A DNA stretch of 64,000 bases, taken from the NCBI GenBank assembly GCA_030704615.1, contig CM060731.1:32922001-32986000 (forward strand), given 5' to 3'. The DNA comes from Takakia lepidozioides (taxonomy: Eukaryota; Plantae; Bryophyta). This document shows positions 12,713-26,200 of the stretch, one piece after another (position 1 is the stretch's first letter; the number at the start of each line of letters is the position of its first letter). A program made the translations under genes and the position numbers. The notes beneath the pieces were generated by a model. The model saw nothing but the letters and a program-made list of their open reading frames with translations, did no database searches and was not told the DNA's origin.

Positions 12713-14074
12713 CAATCTATGCTGTTAGTAGAAGTTGTGGGAAATACCAGTGTGGATAGGAGAGACAGGAGGTAGCTATGTCAGTAGAAGTTCCTGCAAA
12801 TCCTTAGAACAAATGGCTGGACAGGATATTGACATAGAAGAGAGAGAATTAAGATCTTTACCAAGGCTTGTTTCCAGATGGATAATGTTCTTTCTCTGCA
12901 GGTACATAACTATAGATATCGTATGTGGTATCACTATCTGCAGGTATAACATATCTGTTGTTCACGCTTGATGATGGTTATCCCAGGTAAGTGCCAATTG
13001 GATAGCTGAATTTTAGAGAGTTGTGGCAGAAATAAGCACTCTAGTTTAACTATCTTAATCCCTTCTCAGGAGTCAGAGGAGAGGTTATACTATCTGTTGC
13101 TGGTACCTCCAAATGCGATTGCCAAGAGGTTAAGCAAATAATTTAACCATGTGCAGCCTGCCATGTGGCAATTTTTCAGAGATACGATACCTGTAATGGA
13201 GACAGCTATCCGCTACTGTGAATGGGGCTTATTGGGATTGTTGCTTAGGTTCCGCAGGATGATTCACCCTTTGCATGATGTTTTTTTGTTCTGGGTTTTT
13301 GAAAACCAGACTTTTAGCCTTGACCAACCAATTGGAGGGGTTTCTAGATCTTTGTGGGGTATATATCACGTATAGTCTTAATGTGTGCTAGGAATGCGAG
13401 GTTGGCATAAAATGAGGGCAATAGGCAAGTTCAGCATTATTTAGAGAGTTTGAACTTAGTGGAGATGCGATGATCCTCTGGAACATCGTTCTCAGATTGC
13501 AGGGGTGTAGTTATGAGAGTGAGACACCAGGACACGGAGAGGAGTTTCGCAGCCAGTGACAGGAGCTGTTCATCCAACATCAACACATTGAACACCAGCA
13601 CAGGCAAGATACACCAGGCTAAGTCCAAGAATGGACCCCTTTTCCATGGTAACTTTATGCACTGAACCTAAGGTTAAAGGCACAAGACACCTGTCAAAAA
13701 TAAAGAAGGCAACCGAGCTTACAACATTGATGAGGCCACCTAGGTTAAGCAGGGAACAGCGTACATTCCCAACGTTGGTATAACAGTCTCAGTCATCCAT
13801 GATGGGTACCTAACAGGTTTAATGATAAAGGAGAGTGTCACGCAAGGTAAGAACATTGCATCACACTGATTTGAGACACTCTCCTTAGTGTTTGATCTTA
13901 CTTGTATCAATGAGGGCTGCTCCGTGGCTTACACACTTAGGACGTGAACAGCGTAAGCAGGCCTAGCATAGAATATTGCTATGTTAATAGGGTCAGTTAC
14001 ATGGTCCATCAGTATATTTAAACTAAAAGCCTACGTAAAACATAAGTATTTAGTAACGAAACATTGAGCTTAAT

Positions 14075-14880
14075 ATTAAAAAATTATAGAGAGAGAGAAG
14101 AGAAGGCCGGCGTTGCCACTTCACCTTGAGGCTATTGTCCCTTGGGGGGTGGGCCCTATAATTAACGCAGGTGTATGGGGTAACCAAGGGATAGGAGCAC
14201 CATGGGGTACCCTGAGTACCATTGGTGCCCAAAGAGTCTAGGGTAGTCTAGGGCGCAGGAGGAGGATTGGATTCTAGTTGTCGTTTGTTCGTGATGATAG
14301 TTGTGAGAGAGTGTAAAGCCGTGAGGTGTATTGCTTTAAAGCACTTATGGATAGGAGAGATGAGTTTATGGAAATTGTCATGCAATGCAGCGATGCTAGC
14401 ATTATGGATACCACCTCGAGTACCTGCCGTAATGACGGAAAGCCAGTATTCCAACCTCTGCGGCGGAGAGCTAGAATAAGTGGTGCATACTTTTGTCGTT
14501 TTTCTAGGATGGAGGAGTGGGGTATCGATGGAGGAGTGGGGTATCGATCGTGGCAATATGTGAATTCTATAAAGTAGATGGTGATATGAGGATGGGGAGG
14601 CGGATGGGGGAGTATTTTAATGGGTAGGCCATGTGCAAGCAGGATGTTGGGGCAATAATCTGGCAGGGCAGGAACAGGGGCGGTGTGGGCAGGTGCATGG
14701 GGTAACCATGGAGGGACTGTGTTGTCAAAGGGCTTGCCTTTGTAGGTGCCTGCGTTTATAAGTGAGAACCAGCGGGTTTTGGAGCGTTGCATGAGAAGTT
14801 TGTGGATGTGCTAGACAGCATGGTTATGACGGGTGATATGCAGACCATGAATGACCGGGTGTGTGCATTGGCTCATGAGA
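14075..14880 (-). mobile_element. 3' remnant of a restriction-like-endonuclease (RLE) non-LTR retrotransposon, Dualen/CRE-like
   Basis: Minus translation CTHPVIHGLHITRHNHAV..HKLL..RWFSLINAG..PDYCPNIL..IYFIEFTYCHDRY..KRQKYAPLILALRRRGW: CCHC tail, RHN and PD-(D/E)xK-type RLE layout. Confidence 0.65.
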
Positions 14881-16064
14881 CTAATGACCCTCTTCTCTAT
14901 CAAATAAATAAAACAATATTTTGCTCGCGAAACTAATTCAAAATCTGTGCTCACAGGAGCACAAACAATTTCGTGTGCGAAATAATCCAAAAGAGAATAT
15001 CAGAAAAAAAAAATGATTTTTGTTTAAAAAAACAACAATATTTCGCCATTGAAACTAATTCAAATTTTGTGCTCATGCGAGCATAAACAGTTTCGTTTGC
15101 AAAAAATTATTCCAAAAGAGAATATCAAAAAAAATAAATTAAAAAAAATAGTTTTGCGTCACCATAAAATTTTCAGTAGTTTTGCATTTGAGTGGCGAGA
15201 GCGTATTTGCCCTTTTGCTGTAGCATATTCATAGGATATTTTGAGAATCTATCGAATATGCCTATATGATCGCGTAAGCAGGCTCACCTTCACGTGCTTA
15301 CACGCTACCCAACCTCCTCTGTTACGCCACCCACCCACACCAAACGTAAGGGGAGTAGGTGGGTTGCCACAAATCCCTTGTCCAAAACGCTTCAGGAATG
15401 GGCCCATCAGAGCATATATGTAAAAATTAGGTGGAAGTGAAATTTCAGAGCTACCGGATTCATCGCTTGGAAATTTAAGAATTAAGCAAGCCTAGTAAAT
15501 ATTTATTTTTGTGTTGTTTTGTTTGTTTGACGTAAGGACCTCCCAAATTGCAAGGCCTGTCTCCGGGTCTTGATACCAAGGGAATGCCCTCGATGAGTGC
15601 ATGGAGGCAGTTTCATTATTTTTTGACCGGTTTGGGAGATCTTGAATTTCAAGTTCTTTTCATCAGTGAAATAGAAAATTGGGTTTATTTGGTATATATA
15701 TATATATATATTGGTGTGCGAGATAATGAATTTTAAGTATTAATATATTATTATTATTATTTTTTAAGAAAGGGGACGGAAGCCCTTTTAATCAAATTAA
15801 AACGAGGAAAAAATAAACTCGAGGCCATAAGGAATATATATTATATTATATTATATTATATAATGTATTTGGAAGTTGAATATGTGCTCCAAGGAAAGAG
15901 TGACAGCTCACCATTCAGCGCGAGTGGGAAACATATTTCATTTTTCAAAATTTCGAATTTCCAGGCGTGAAAATTACGTAACGGGTTTCTTTTTCTTTTC
16001 TTTTAAATGAAAAAATATTTAAAAAACAATAAACAAAATCTAAAATAGATGCGGGTAAGGAAAG

Positions 16065-16520
16065 ATAAAACTTGGTAAGAGTAGAAGGTAAAGTAAGGTA
16101 AGATAAAGATAAAGATAAAGATAAAGTTACTTTAACGTCCAGAGTGGAGTAAGAGTGGATCTAAGAATAAAGAAGAGGGATCTTTGAGTGGGAGACGACG
16201 AGCAGGTAAGCGGAAGGGTGTGAGGGGAGCGATGAGGGTTTTGTTTGTTCTGGGGCCTTGGGAGTGAGGTTATACATGCGCTTCTTGTTCCCACTTGTGT
16301 AGTGAGAGCCACTTCCAGACCACAGTCTTCGGAGTACGCATCAGATCTTAGGGGTGATCCCAAGGTGAGGGTTACGAGAGAGGATGCGAGGGGTTTGCTT
16401 GTGTGGCTTGTATTTCTATGGCGCCTTAGGCCGAGCGTTGGCCCCTTGAGGAGTGGGGCAACGTGGTATTCCGCGAGAGAGGTTGAAACGCGGCGCACCT
16501 TGTGTGTGATAGGCGCATAC
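16065..16520 (-). mobile_element. Possible LINE 3' end with a (CTTTAT)n microsatellite tail
   Basis: (AAGATA)n run at ~16100-16126 abutting a GC-richer block; no diagnostic protein motif seen. Confidence 0.3.
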
Positions 16521-18723
16521 TAAGCTTGGGTTCTCTGTCCGTTGCGCTGCCCGCTTCTTGCAGTTAGCAGCGAGGAGTCGCCCAACATTTTCCCTGCTAC
16601 TGTACCCCGTCTTTAAGATTCATTTTGGCCACAGTATTGGGGCGATCACAACTGTTATAAGAAGATATTGGTGAATGGAGCTGCAGCACTAACCCTCGAC
16701 TTTGTTGGAGTTGAATAATACCTGTGTGTGAATCCTCCAGTCAGTGTGTTCCCGGAGTTCTTACGGTGGTTCGCACAGCCTTTTGTCTTCTTCTCTATTT
16801 CTGAATACCCCCCTCTTCCTGGACTGGTTGTGATGTTGTGCATAGTTGTATGGAAGGACAAAGGATTGGCCCAATCCGGAACGAGTTCGTCGGATCCAAA
16901 AGTAGCACATCACAATTTGAGCACTAACAGAAACGGGTCTGAACATGGGTGCAATGGGCGCATGCCAGTCATGGGTTCTGTGTCCATGATTGTGCTGTGC
17001 TCGGCAGTTTGCAGTTTCCACCAAGGGGCTGCCCCATAGTTAGTCGATTTGTGTCCACTGAGTTTTTTATGCACGTAAGGGCGGATTCATAGTGGGGTGG
17101 TGCAAGTTTAGGTCTTGGTTTCTGTTTCCGTAGCAGAATGAAGCCTTGCCCTCTGCATCATCTTGCGTGGAGATCGGTTGTAACCCTGGAGTCGTTTTGT
17201 ACCCACTAGCAGATTTTTCCATATAAACCAGCATTTCTAACGGGCGGGCTATGTAGTCTCGCGGATGCACATCTTGCTCCGATTTTGGTAACAGACAGAA
17301 ATTAGTACTTCTTTCAGCTGTGACCGGACGTTCTATATCTGTCCCTGCTATCAGCTCATTCCTTGAGATCATCTCCTTGGGTCGAACTCTTGACGCCCAT
17401 TCTTTGCGCTCCCACATTTGCACCAAGTACTTATGAGGGAGAGTAGGGAATACCTGGAGGCAATGGGTTGAACAGCGCCAAGTGCAAACCAAAACTGCAC
17501 AATGGCATTGAATTGTCCTTGCACTTCAGTTGAGCTACCAAAAATGACTTCAAATGTACGGAGGGCACAAAATTGAATGGAATTGTCCATTTGCAGTCCA
17601 ATTGCATTGCGCATTGGCAATTCAATTGAACTGCGAATTAGAATGGAGTTGAAGGTGTTTTTGTTGGTTCAATTGAACTTAACATTTTTGGTTTGCGAAA
17701 TTGATTTGTGGTGTTGGTTATACGTTCCTTTTTCCATAGGAGAGCTTTTCCAATTTGTGTCCTTGGGAGGGGATTTAGCTTCACCTTGCATGCTGGTGTA
17801 TAATCGAAAATGATAAGGACAGATCTACCAAGTTATCACTTGCGAGAGATTTAGCATTTAATGGAATATTTCGGACTTTGAGGGGCAGATTGAAGATTGG
17901 AGTCCACAATGAGAAGTTTCTTTTAATCTCATCTCAAGATGTCCAGATTGCCTCTCTTTTAAGGCATCTTATTGGGAGGTGGTTGAAGATCGGATGTAAC
18001 ATTGTCATTGATATTGTTGAAAATGTCAATGTTGGCTCCGATCTTCAGCTATCACATAATGAGATCTATTAAAAGAGAGACGATATGAACATTTTGAGAT
18101 GAGAATAAAGAAATAGCGTTCATCCATTCTCGAATAGAAAGCTTTATTGGTGCGAAATGGATATTGTTGCGCACAGTGAAGGGTGGAATGTTAAGACACT
18201 GGCCATTTTGGGGGTGATTTCGCATGGTAATCCTCCAATGACCTTGGGCCAGTGACTGGCTTGTGGGGTCCCTGCGCTCCTCTACCAAAAGGTAATCCAA
18301 ATTTTGGGTTCCCAGGTTTTTCCCTTTCCAAATTTGACTACCATTCCTAATGCTTTGGGCTTGTAGGGGGGTGGGGGCGAGGGATCCTAACCTAGGAATA
18401 GAGTGAATAAATGTACTTGGCATGATGTAGAATTCATTTGGGTTGATATTGTTCCGACACATCTCTCTGCCTTCCTTCCTCGAGAGTCTATTAGGCTGCG
18501 TGACAGCCAACCTTAACTTTTAATCCATCGTTTCGTATTTTATTTCCCTTTCTCGTTGCACGTTTGATTCCTCACCTAAAAAAGAAAAAACTTTCTCTGA
18601 GCTCCACGGGACTTCTCGGATTGTGAGATTTTTTGTATCAGCAGTTGGTTAAGACTGCATCTGCAATTTTTCAACCTCCAAGATTTGAAAGTAGTATGTT
18701 TGAAATATTATGTAATTACGGTA

Positions 18724-18777
18724 CTCACAAAGCAAAATGAACTCCTGGTGGGTCGCATAGCGATGGTGGGCTTTGCG
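18724..18777 (+). pseudogene. Isolated fragment of an LHC-superfamily helix (PsbS-like)
   Basis: Translates LTKQNELLVGRIAMVGFA, matching the recalled PsbS helix motif FTKQNELFVGRVAMIGFA; no flanking PsbS sequence seen. Confidence 0.6.
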
Positions 18778-20302
18778 ATAACACTTGCATCCTTCTGTAT
18801 TGCTTAATTTTTCTCTGCTTCTTGAGTTGATGTTGGATCCTTAGCCAGTGTTGCATTAATTGAACCACAATTAGCATACCTTTAAATATCAGGTATACAA
18901 GTTTTTGTGTAGCATCTTCGCAGATAGTGTTATCAAGTCAGCTCCAGTCACAAATAATGACCTTTTTAGTGGTTGCATATTTGAATTAATGTTAAAATTT
19001 GTTGCTCTACTGTTCTGTCTAGACAATGGGATAATCCAAACTCGTTTCTTTCAAGCCCTTGAATTTTATCCCTTTTATGAAAGATTGTTGTGTCTAGTGT
19101 GAAGATTAAATGTGATGTAGATTGGAGATTGAGAGGTTTAGTTCTTTCCCGCCTATCGGGCTAGTGGGCATCCGCTTGAACTTGTGATGTTGGAAGGGAA
19201 AAACAATGGAACCAAGGCATGTGGCCTCTATTACAATTGTCAGAATATAATTCTACATGACAGTCTTGTACATAGATCTATACTTGGTTTTCTATTACTA
19301 AGATTGTTAGATGTTCTTGTCCTCTAAGCTTTGTGAGCATGGATGTTATTAGTTCTCTCTTCTTTTTTCCTATGTGATGTGTGGTCTCAGCTTGATGCTG
19401 TCAAGAATCGTACATGAGTAGGAAAAAAGGTCTTTCTTCTGAAGACTTTGATGGTTGTTTTCTTTCTTTTCCTGCTAGGGTTGTCCAATCGTTAGGTTGT
19501 GCCATACTCTTTGCGCATTTTGTGTTGCATCATGTACTTTCTTTCTTTTTAAATAAATAAAAGGGAAACACCTGGGAGCAGCTCACAAATCAGGTGAGAT
19601 GTACTTGTATTGCCTAAATAGATCTTGATTCAGAAAGTTTCTTATACCATGTTTTCTTTGTCATTATTTTCTCTTGCAATTTCGTGTTTGCATTAATATA
19701 TGTTGCATCAACATAGAAGATAGTCAATCAATGTTATTAGCTGAAAGGCTATATGTGATCAAATTCTTTTTTGACATCCGTAATATCATTCCCGAAGCAT
19801 TGCTGTTGTTATCTTCCTCGTTCCATTCTCACCGCATACTGACAATTGTATGGCATGCACTAATTGAAGCCCAACTCTTCATATGGAATGAAATAGTTTA
19901 TAATCTCCAGGTCATGCAATTGAGATATTTCACCCTCTGGATGCAGCAACGCTCCAGTGAGCTTTGAGCAAGTTATCATAAAGTCTTGTGCTAAATGCTC
20001 GCTTGTAGTTTACTTGGAAAGAAGGTTGAAGTTCCCACATAAGTGGGTCACTAATGAATGTCAGCAATTTGCAAGTTTGATTACATGCAAGCTCATCATG
20101 TATGTAACATATGCGAACATCCTTATTGCAAAGACCAATAAGCAACCGAAGGTAAATTCCTTACAGTGATATGGCATGATTGTAGTAAGTTATGCACAGC
20201 AAATTCCAAAAATTTCTCACAATTCCAAATGCCCTAATTGTGTGTGCTATGTGACTCAGGTCATTGTCATTGTAGACTCGAGTTGCATGATGATTTTGTA
20301 CT

Positions 20303-20660
20303 CTAAGTTGGGGAGCTACTACTCGTGTTCTCGTTCACATTGCTGACGCACCATGCCATGGCACGCAGTTTCATAACGGGTCAGTGGGACACGATTACCC
20401 AAAAGGTGACAACCAAGGCCGCAGCATCGGCCGCCTGCTCAAAGTTCTCCGGGACGACTGTCAAATTGCGTCCTACCTCTTCTGCCACGTAAATGGTAGC
20501 ACTAGGAAGATGATGCTGGAATTCAAGAACTATGCAGCCGAGCAAGGTAGTAGGAACTGGATTGAGGAAGAGCAGTTGTCTAGCAACGTGAGCAATCTGG
20601 TGCACATTGTCGTTACAAATTCGTGCAGGAGCATCGCTCACACACTGACGTTGAGATTGC
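20303..20660 (+). pseudogene. Orphan exon/fragment of a vwkA-type VWA-domain protein (alpha-kinase associated)
   Basis: LSWGATTRVLVHIADAPCHGTQFHNGSVGHDYPKGD...YLFCHVNGSTRKMMLEF. The HIADAPCHG..DYP.GD motif is typical of this VWA subfamily. In-frame TGA at 20291; no adjacent exons found. Confidence 0.6.
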
Positions 20661-21189
20661 TGAGGCATCCCAGAGAGTTTTCGCTTCAACAAAAACGCAT
20701 GCAAATAATTTGATATTTCTCTATTTCTTTGGGAAGAGCTGACATGCAACATTGATCCACTGCCTCCAGTAAAGGCTTAGTGCATGAAATGGACAGAGAG
20801 GATGAGGGCAGGCCAAAGAAAAATATACAAGCCCAGCAAGCAGTGCCCTCTCACCCTTCTTACATTAACAAGGTGGGTATTTCAAGATACCAGCAGGCCA
20901 TGAATCATAAGGTCAACTTGCCATGACTGTTCATGTCCAAAGAGATTGGGACAATATAAGGTCTTGTAACTTCTGTGTTCAGAGCAAGCAAAAGATACTG
21001 CATGAATACATGTACGTACTACATGCTCTTGGTTTTGTTGAGTCCCCCACCATGGAATTGAACAATTCTAGACTCATCACAGTAACAAGAATCGGTTGTA
21101 CAGGTCGCTTAGGATGCAGGTTTGTAGATGAGACTACCATCAGCAACACCATGTTATTTGTTGACCTGGGCACAAATATAATTGTTCAG

Positions 21190-22640
21190 TGTCCACTTTC
21201 CCTCCACCTTGCTTGTCCTGCAGATACTGATACTGGATATCTATGTGCAGCTTCGTACTCCCTCTGACACTCTGGATTTCTCGCCAAACGAATAGCACTC
21301 TGATCATCTGACAATAAATCAGTTGCTCCCTCCTGCTCATACCCTATGTCCTTTAGCCACCTTGGAATCCAGATAGCCTGTTTAGTCGCTTGCACACAGC
21401 CACATATTCAGACTCGGTTGTAGAGGTTGATGCGTGGAGTTGGCTGCGCCTCCATGCTCTTGGACCTTCACTCATCAAGAAATCAACCACGTCCTGGACT
21501 TGTGATTCTCTTGATCGCCCCCATTGTCCACATCGCAATAACCCATCAAAACATTCTCAATTACCTGTTCACTGCTCCCACTAAAACAAATCCCATCCAG
21601 CTTGATGTGCCCTTTAGATATTTAAATATGTGTTTCACACCAGTCCACCAGTCCAGCGAGCTGTTCCCGGGCAATGTGAATACTTTGCTGTACAACTGAC
21701 AACATAGGCAATGTCAGAAGTGTGCCCAACATCCCAGACATCATTGAGCCAACTGTCTCCCTATAGAGCATGTACTCACCATTTTTCTCTTTGTCATCTT
21801 CATGTTGTTCAGCCATGTGAGCTTAATCTTGCATTAGGTAAGCTAGAACAATCACTGGACTTGTTTCATCAAATTTGAAACGCTTGATGATGTGGGCCCA
21901 ATGTACCTCTTATGATTGAGGTGTATCATTCTCTTCTCTCTTCTCCAATATACCTCTTCTCTTCTCCAGTCTCGAGGATGAGCGCCCAGGCCCTTTTGGG
22001 GCCTAGTTATTGGGCAAACCACACACAGCAGATTGATCCTTGTGTGAAGGGATTTCTGGAGGATATCTGGAACACTCGGATTAATTGTCTGTTCCAAGGT
22101 AAGTCATACTGCCGTGACAAAGGTAGTTTCTGTCCCTTTGTGTTCCGCTCAGACTGAGCGCGGGGTCAATGGCCACAAGGCTATGGCACACAACGTCTTA
22201 TGAGTACATTCTCTTCTCCTTGGCTGTGGTTATTCTTAGTCCCACATGTCCCACATAACGTAACAGTTGACTTCCCTTGCTTTCATGTCAAAATGTAGAT
22301 TCAAGTATTTGATGATCTCAATATCCAGTTTTGACTGATCACGACCGCAAACAATTCCATCGTTCACAAAGATCGCTGTAGTAGTCTCCAATGCACCATC
22401 ACTGTAATACACACAACAGTCAACTTGGCTAGGCTTTAGATCATATTTCACAAGAAAGTGATTGAACTTCTCGTCCACGCCCTAAATGCCAGCTGCTTGA
22501 GCCCATATAAACTCTTCTTCAGAATACAGACTTCATCTTTTTGTCCTCTTTCCACATAACTTTCCAATTGCATCATATAAAGCTCTTCATCAATAGGGCC
22601 CACCCACGAACGGGTGAACATTATGAACATAAGTTTAGAC
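21190..22640 (-). mobile_element. Degenerate Copia RT-RNase H remnant
   Basis: GPIDEELYMMQ..VCILKKSLYGLKQ, SQVDCCVYY, AIFVNDGIVCG, YRETVGSMM, STTESEYVA, LLSDDQSAIRLARNPE; many frameshifts. Confidence 0.85.
21968..22205 (+). mobile_element. Short 3' copy of the 11680-12712 LINE family nested in the Copia remnant
   Basis: Highly similar to ~12460-12712; flanked by a cattctcttctc duplication (~21927 and ~22207). Confidence 0.8.
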
Positions 22641-23207
22641 ATGGTACGATTGCCCTATATGGATGGGTAAAGGATATGCGAAAGATCCAATAATGATTGA
22701 GAAAGACCTCAGCATATCGCGGACAATCCAGACATACCTGTCATTCCCAGGTTGTAGAACATGGAATGATCATCCCCTGCAGTGGACACCATTCCATCCC
22801 CCTCTTGGTGCAGGAGATGTAAGAACTCCTCCTCTGTCTCTCGGTTTCTTTTCGATAGGCGACTGTGCAGTCCAACATCAGGCATGTGTCAACTCTGTAG
22901 CCAAATTAGGAGCTAAAGTACCCATGCAGGCATCCACATTGTTTTTCGAGCAGATCTAGGCCACCCTGCACATCAACAGTTAACTGTAACCAGATCACTG
23001 TTAGTTATCCAGGAGCATCTTGCAATTTCCGGCTGAATTTCCACCTCCTCATGGGTAGACCCCACAATCAGCTTAATATTACAGAGGAAACGCCCATGGA
23101 TGATACACCTTGTCACCAACATCCCTTGGGAACGGTCAACTAACCAGCAGCTGCATAGTTTTAATGATGAAGAAAAGACACTCGTACCTTACAAGAAAAA
23201 TATTGCT

Positions 23208-26200
23208 TCACCAGTACTCCCCGCAAGAACAAACCCCATCTTCGAAGTGATGAAAGCGGTTGGCATCCCGTACAACAATTGCTCGCCCGACAATCTTTGA
23301 GATGAACTTGGTGGCTGTGTGGCAGTCACCACACATCCGAAGGTTCTTGATGACACGGAGAGACGTCCCAGACGCTGTGCTGATCAGCCCAAAAGCAATG
23401 GCCAGCTTCTCACTGTGGTGGCAAAGAGTAAATTCCTTTTGCTCCTCCTCCACGTCATGCAATGCAAAGCGTGTGTCAGGCATGTACCCTGCCTCCTTGA
23501 TCTGCCCAGTCAACCTTCTCAGCTCCATCTGGATTTCCTCAATTTGTGGATGCGATTTGTCATCTACAACGAACGTGTGTATCCCGTTGCCAATCTCAAT
23601 CCAGCAGCGACCTGGCTCCTTTCTGACACCTCTGGCCTTCATCATTTTTCGCAACTTTGCAGTGTCATCCCACCTGCCAGCTGCAGCATAAATGTTTGAT
23701 AGCAGCACATAAGCTGCAGCATCCTGCGGGTCCCACTTGAGAACAGATTTTGCAGCACGTTCTGCTATGTCCACATTGCCATAAATTCTGCAGGCACCAA
23801 GCAAGGTCCCCCATGCCACAGCATCAGCTTCAATTGGCATTTTGCTGATAAAATCCTCTGCCTCACCCAATCGCCCTGCACGTCCTAGAAGGTCCACCAT
23901 GCAGCCAAAGTGCTCCACTGTAGGAGTGAGACCATAATCTCGACTCAGGGAGTCAAAGTAGTGTCTACCTTCATCCACTAGGCCAACATGGCTACATGCA
24001 GAGAGAACACCTATAAAGGTCACACTGTCCGGCTTCATGCCTTCCTTTTCCATTCCTTCAAATAGCTGCAGGACCTCCCTATGACGACCATGCTGGGCAT
24101 ATCCTGCGATCATCGCATTCCATGACACCACATTTCGTTCAGCCATATTGTTGAATACTCTCTTTGCATCCTCAATGCTGCCACATTTGGCATACATGTC
24201 CATGAGGGTATTGTCCAAGATGATATTTGGCACAATTCCAGCTTTCATGATGTCAGCATGGACCTCTTTGCCTTTTTCCAGGGCTGCCAAGCTGGCACAT
24301 GCATTCAGCACTCCAACGAATGTGATCTGGTTGGGAGTCACCCCTTCCCTCGTCATTTCCTCATAGGTCTCCAAAGCCTCCATCCCACACCCATGCTCAG
24401 CACATCCTGATATCATTGCACTCCATGATACCACATTTCGTTCAGCCATATTGTTGAACACTCCCTTTGCATCTTCAATGCTCCCGCATTTGGCATACAT
24501 GTCCACGAGGGCAGTGTTCAAGATGATATTTGGCACAATTCCAACTTTCATGATGTCAGCATGTATCTCTTTGCCCTTTTCCAGGGCTGCCAGGCTGGCA
24601 CATGCCTTCAGAATGGAAACATATGTGACCTGGTTGGGTGTCACCCCTTTCCTCGTCATTTGCTGATAGGTCTCTAAAGCATCCATCCCACACCCATGCT
24701 GGGCATATCCCGCAATCATCGCACTCCATGACACAACATTTCGTTCAGCCATGTTGTCAAACACCCCCTTTGCATCCTTGATGCTCCCACATTTGGCATA
24801 CATGTCAACAAGGGTAGTGGACAAGATGATATTTGGCACAATCCCAGTGTTCATGATATCAGCATGGACCATTTTGCCCTTTTCCAGAGCTGCCAGGCTG
24901 GTACACGCCTTCAAAACACAAACAAACGTGACCTGGTTGGGTGTCACCCCTTCCCGCATCATTTGCTCATATGTCTCCAAAGCCTTCATCCCACATCCAT
25001 GCTGGGCATATCCTGCAATCATCGCACTCCATGACACAACGTTTTGTTCAGCCATACTGTTGAACACTCCTTTTGCATCCTTGATGCTCCCACATTTGCC
25101 ATACATGTCCACCAGGGCATTGCCCAAGATCATATTCGTCAAAACTCCAGCTCTTATCATGTCAGCATGGACCTCTTTCCCCTTTTCCAGAGCTGCCAGA
25201 CTGGCACAAGCCTTGCAAGCCCAAAGATAAGTGACCTGGTCAGCCTTCACCCCTTCCTGTATCATTTGCTCATAGGTCTCAATAGCAATCCGGGCAAACC
25301 CATGCTTGGTATATCCTGCCATCATCACAGTCCACGAAAACATATTTCGTTCGGGCATTTTGTGAAACACTCGTTGTGCATCCACGATGCTCCCACATTG
25401 GACATACATGTGGACAAGGGTGTTGCATAGAAATATGCTTGGCTTCAGTCCACTTTGGATAATATGGGCATGGACCTGCTTTCCTGCTGCTAGGCCTTTC
25501 AACTTGATGCACTTATGCAAGAGACACACATATGTATCAGAGTTTACAGAAATGCCTCCTTGGTTCAAAATGTGCAGAGCCTCTTCAACTGGTCCTCCTG
25601 CCTCACATAGTTTCCTCAGATGCCCACAAGTGCCAGAAGAGATCTTGTGGACTCCTTCTCTTGGTCCTCTTTCAGAAGCAGTGGTCATAGTGGAGGTGCC
25701 TGACTCTATCAACTGTGTTGCTGCTGCTTCCACTTGACCATCTACCCATGCAGGTTTCATGTAGCTATCAACCCACAATGCCTCATTGGTACTTTTGTGC
25801 TTGATATCCGGTCCTCTTGGATGGATCTGACCCACAATCCATTACTGCATCCTGAGATACCCCTGCCTCCACAACAATAATGCGTAGATCCTCCCCTTAC
25901 TGCTAGAAGCTGACAATGACAGCACAAAATCTACCTAGCAAATACCCTACCCCTACTTATCATACAACTAGTTTCTGCAAACTTGACAATTTCCAAGAAA
26001 GCTTATTGATGCATCTTGTTATCTGCTCCAGCTTCAACATGACCAGGCTTCACCTGTCTGCCTCGATTGTCCCACCATGGACTGGGGTTGGAGAAATATT
26101 CCTTCCAAAGCTTCTCCTCGCCTTTATATTCAGTTCTTTGATATTTGCCTGTGATCCCATTGGCAGTAACATGTCAAACACACTCGGAGCCACCATGGAT

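Noticed and set aside
15305-15368. Imperfect ~22-bp inverted repeat
   Set aside because: Too short and mismatched to call a miRNA precursor or MITE without data.
17490-17690. Recurrent caattg/aattgaa motifs
   Set aside because: Low-complexity degenerate repeat with no regular repeat-spacer structure; not CRISPR-like.
17067-18510. 141-aa and 152-aa minus-strand ORFs
   Set aside because: No recognisable family motifs or consistent splice structure.
23208-23620. Possibility that the DYW domain is a U-to-C (KP-type) variant
   Set aside because: It has a canonical PG box, HSEKLA and CxDCH, so it is the C-to-U type; EYW is a minor terminal variant.
23260-25737. Several plus-strand ORFs with repeated MLNTPFASSMLPHLAYMS motifs
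   Set aside because: Antisense shadows of the PPR repeats.
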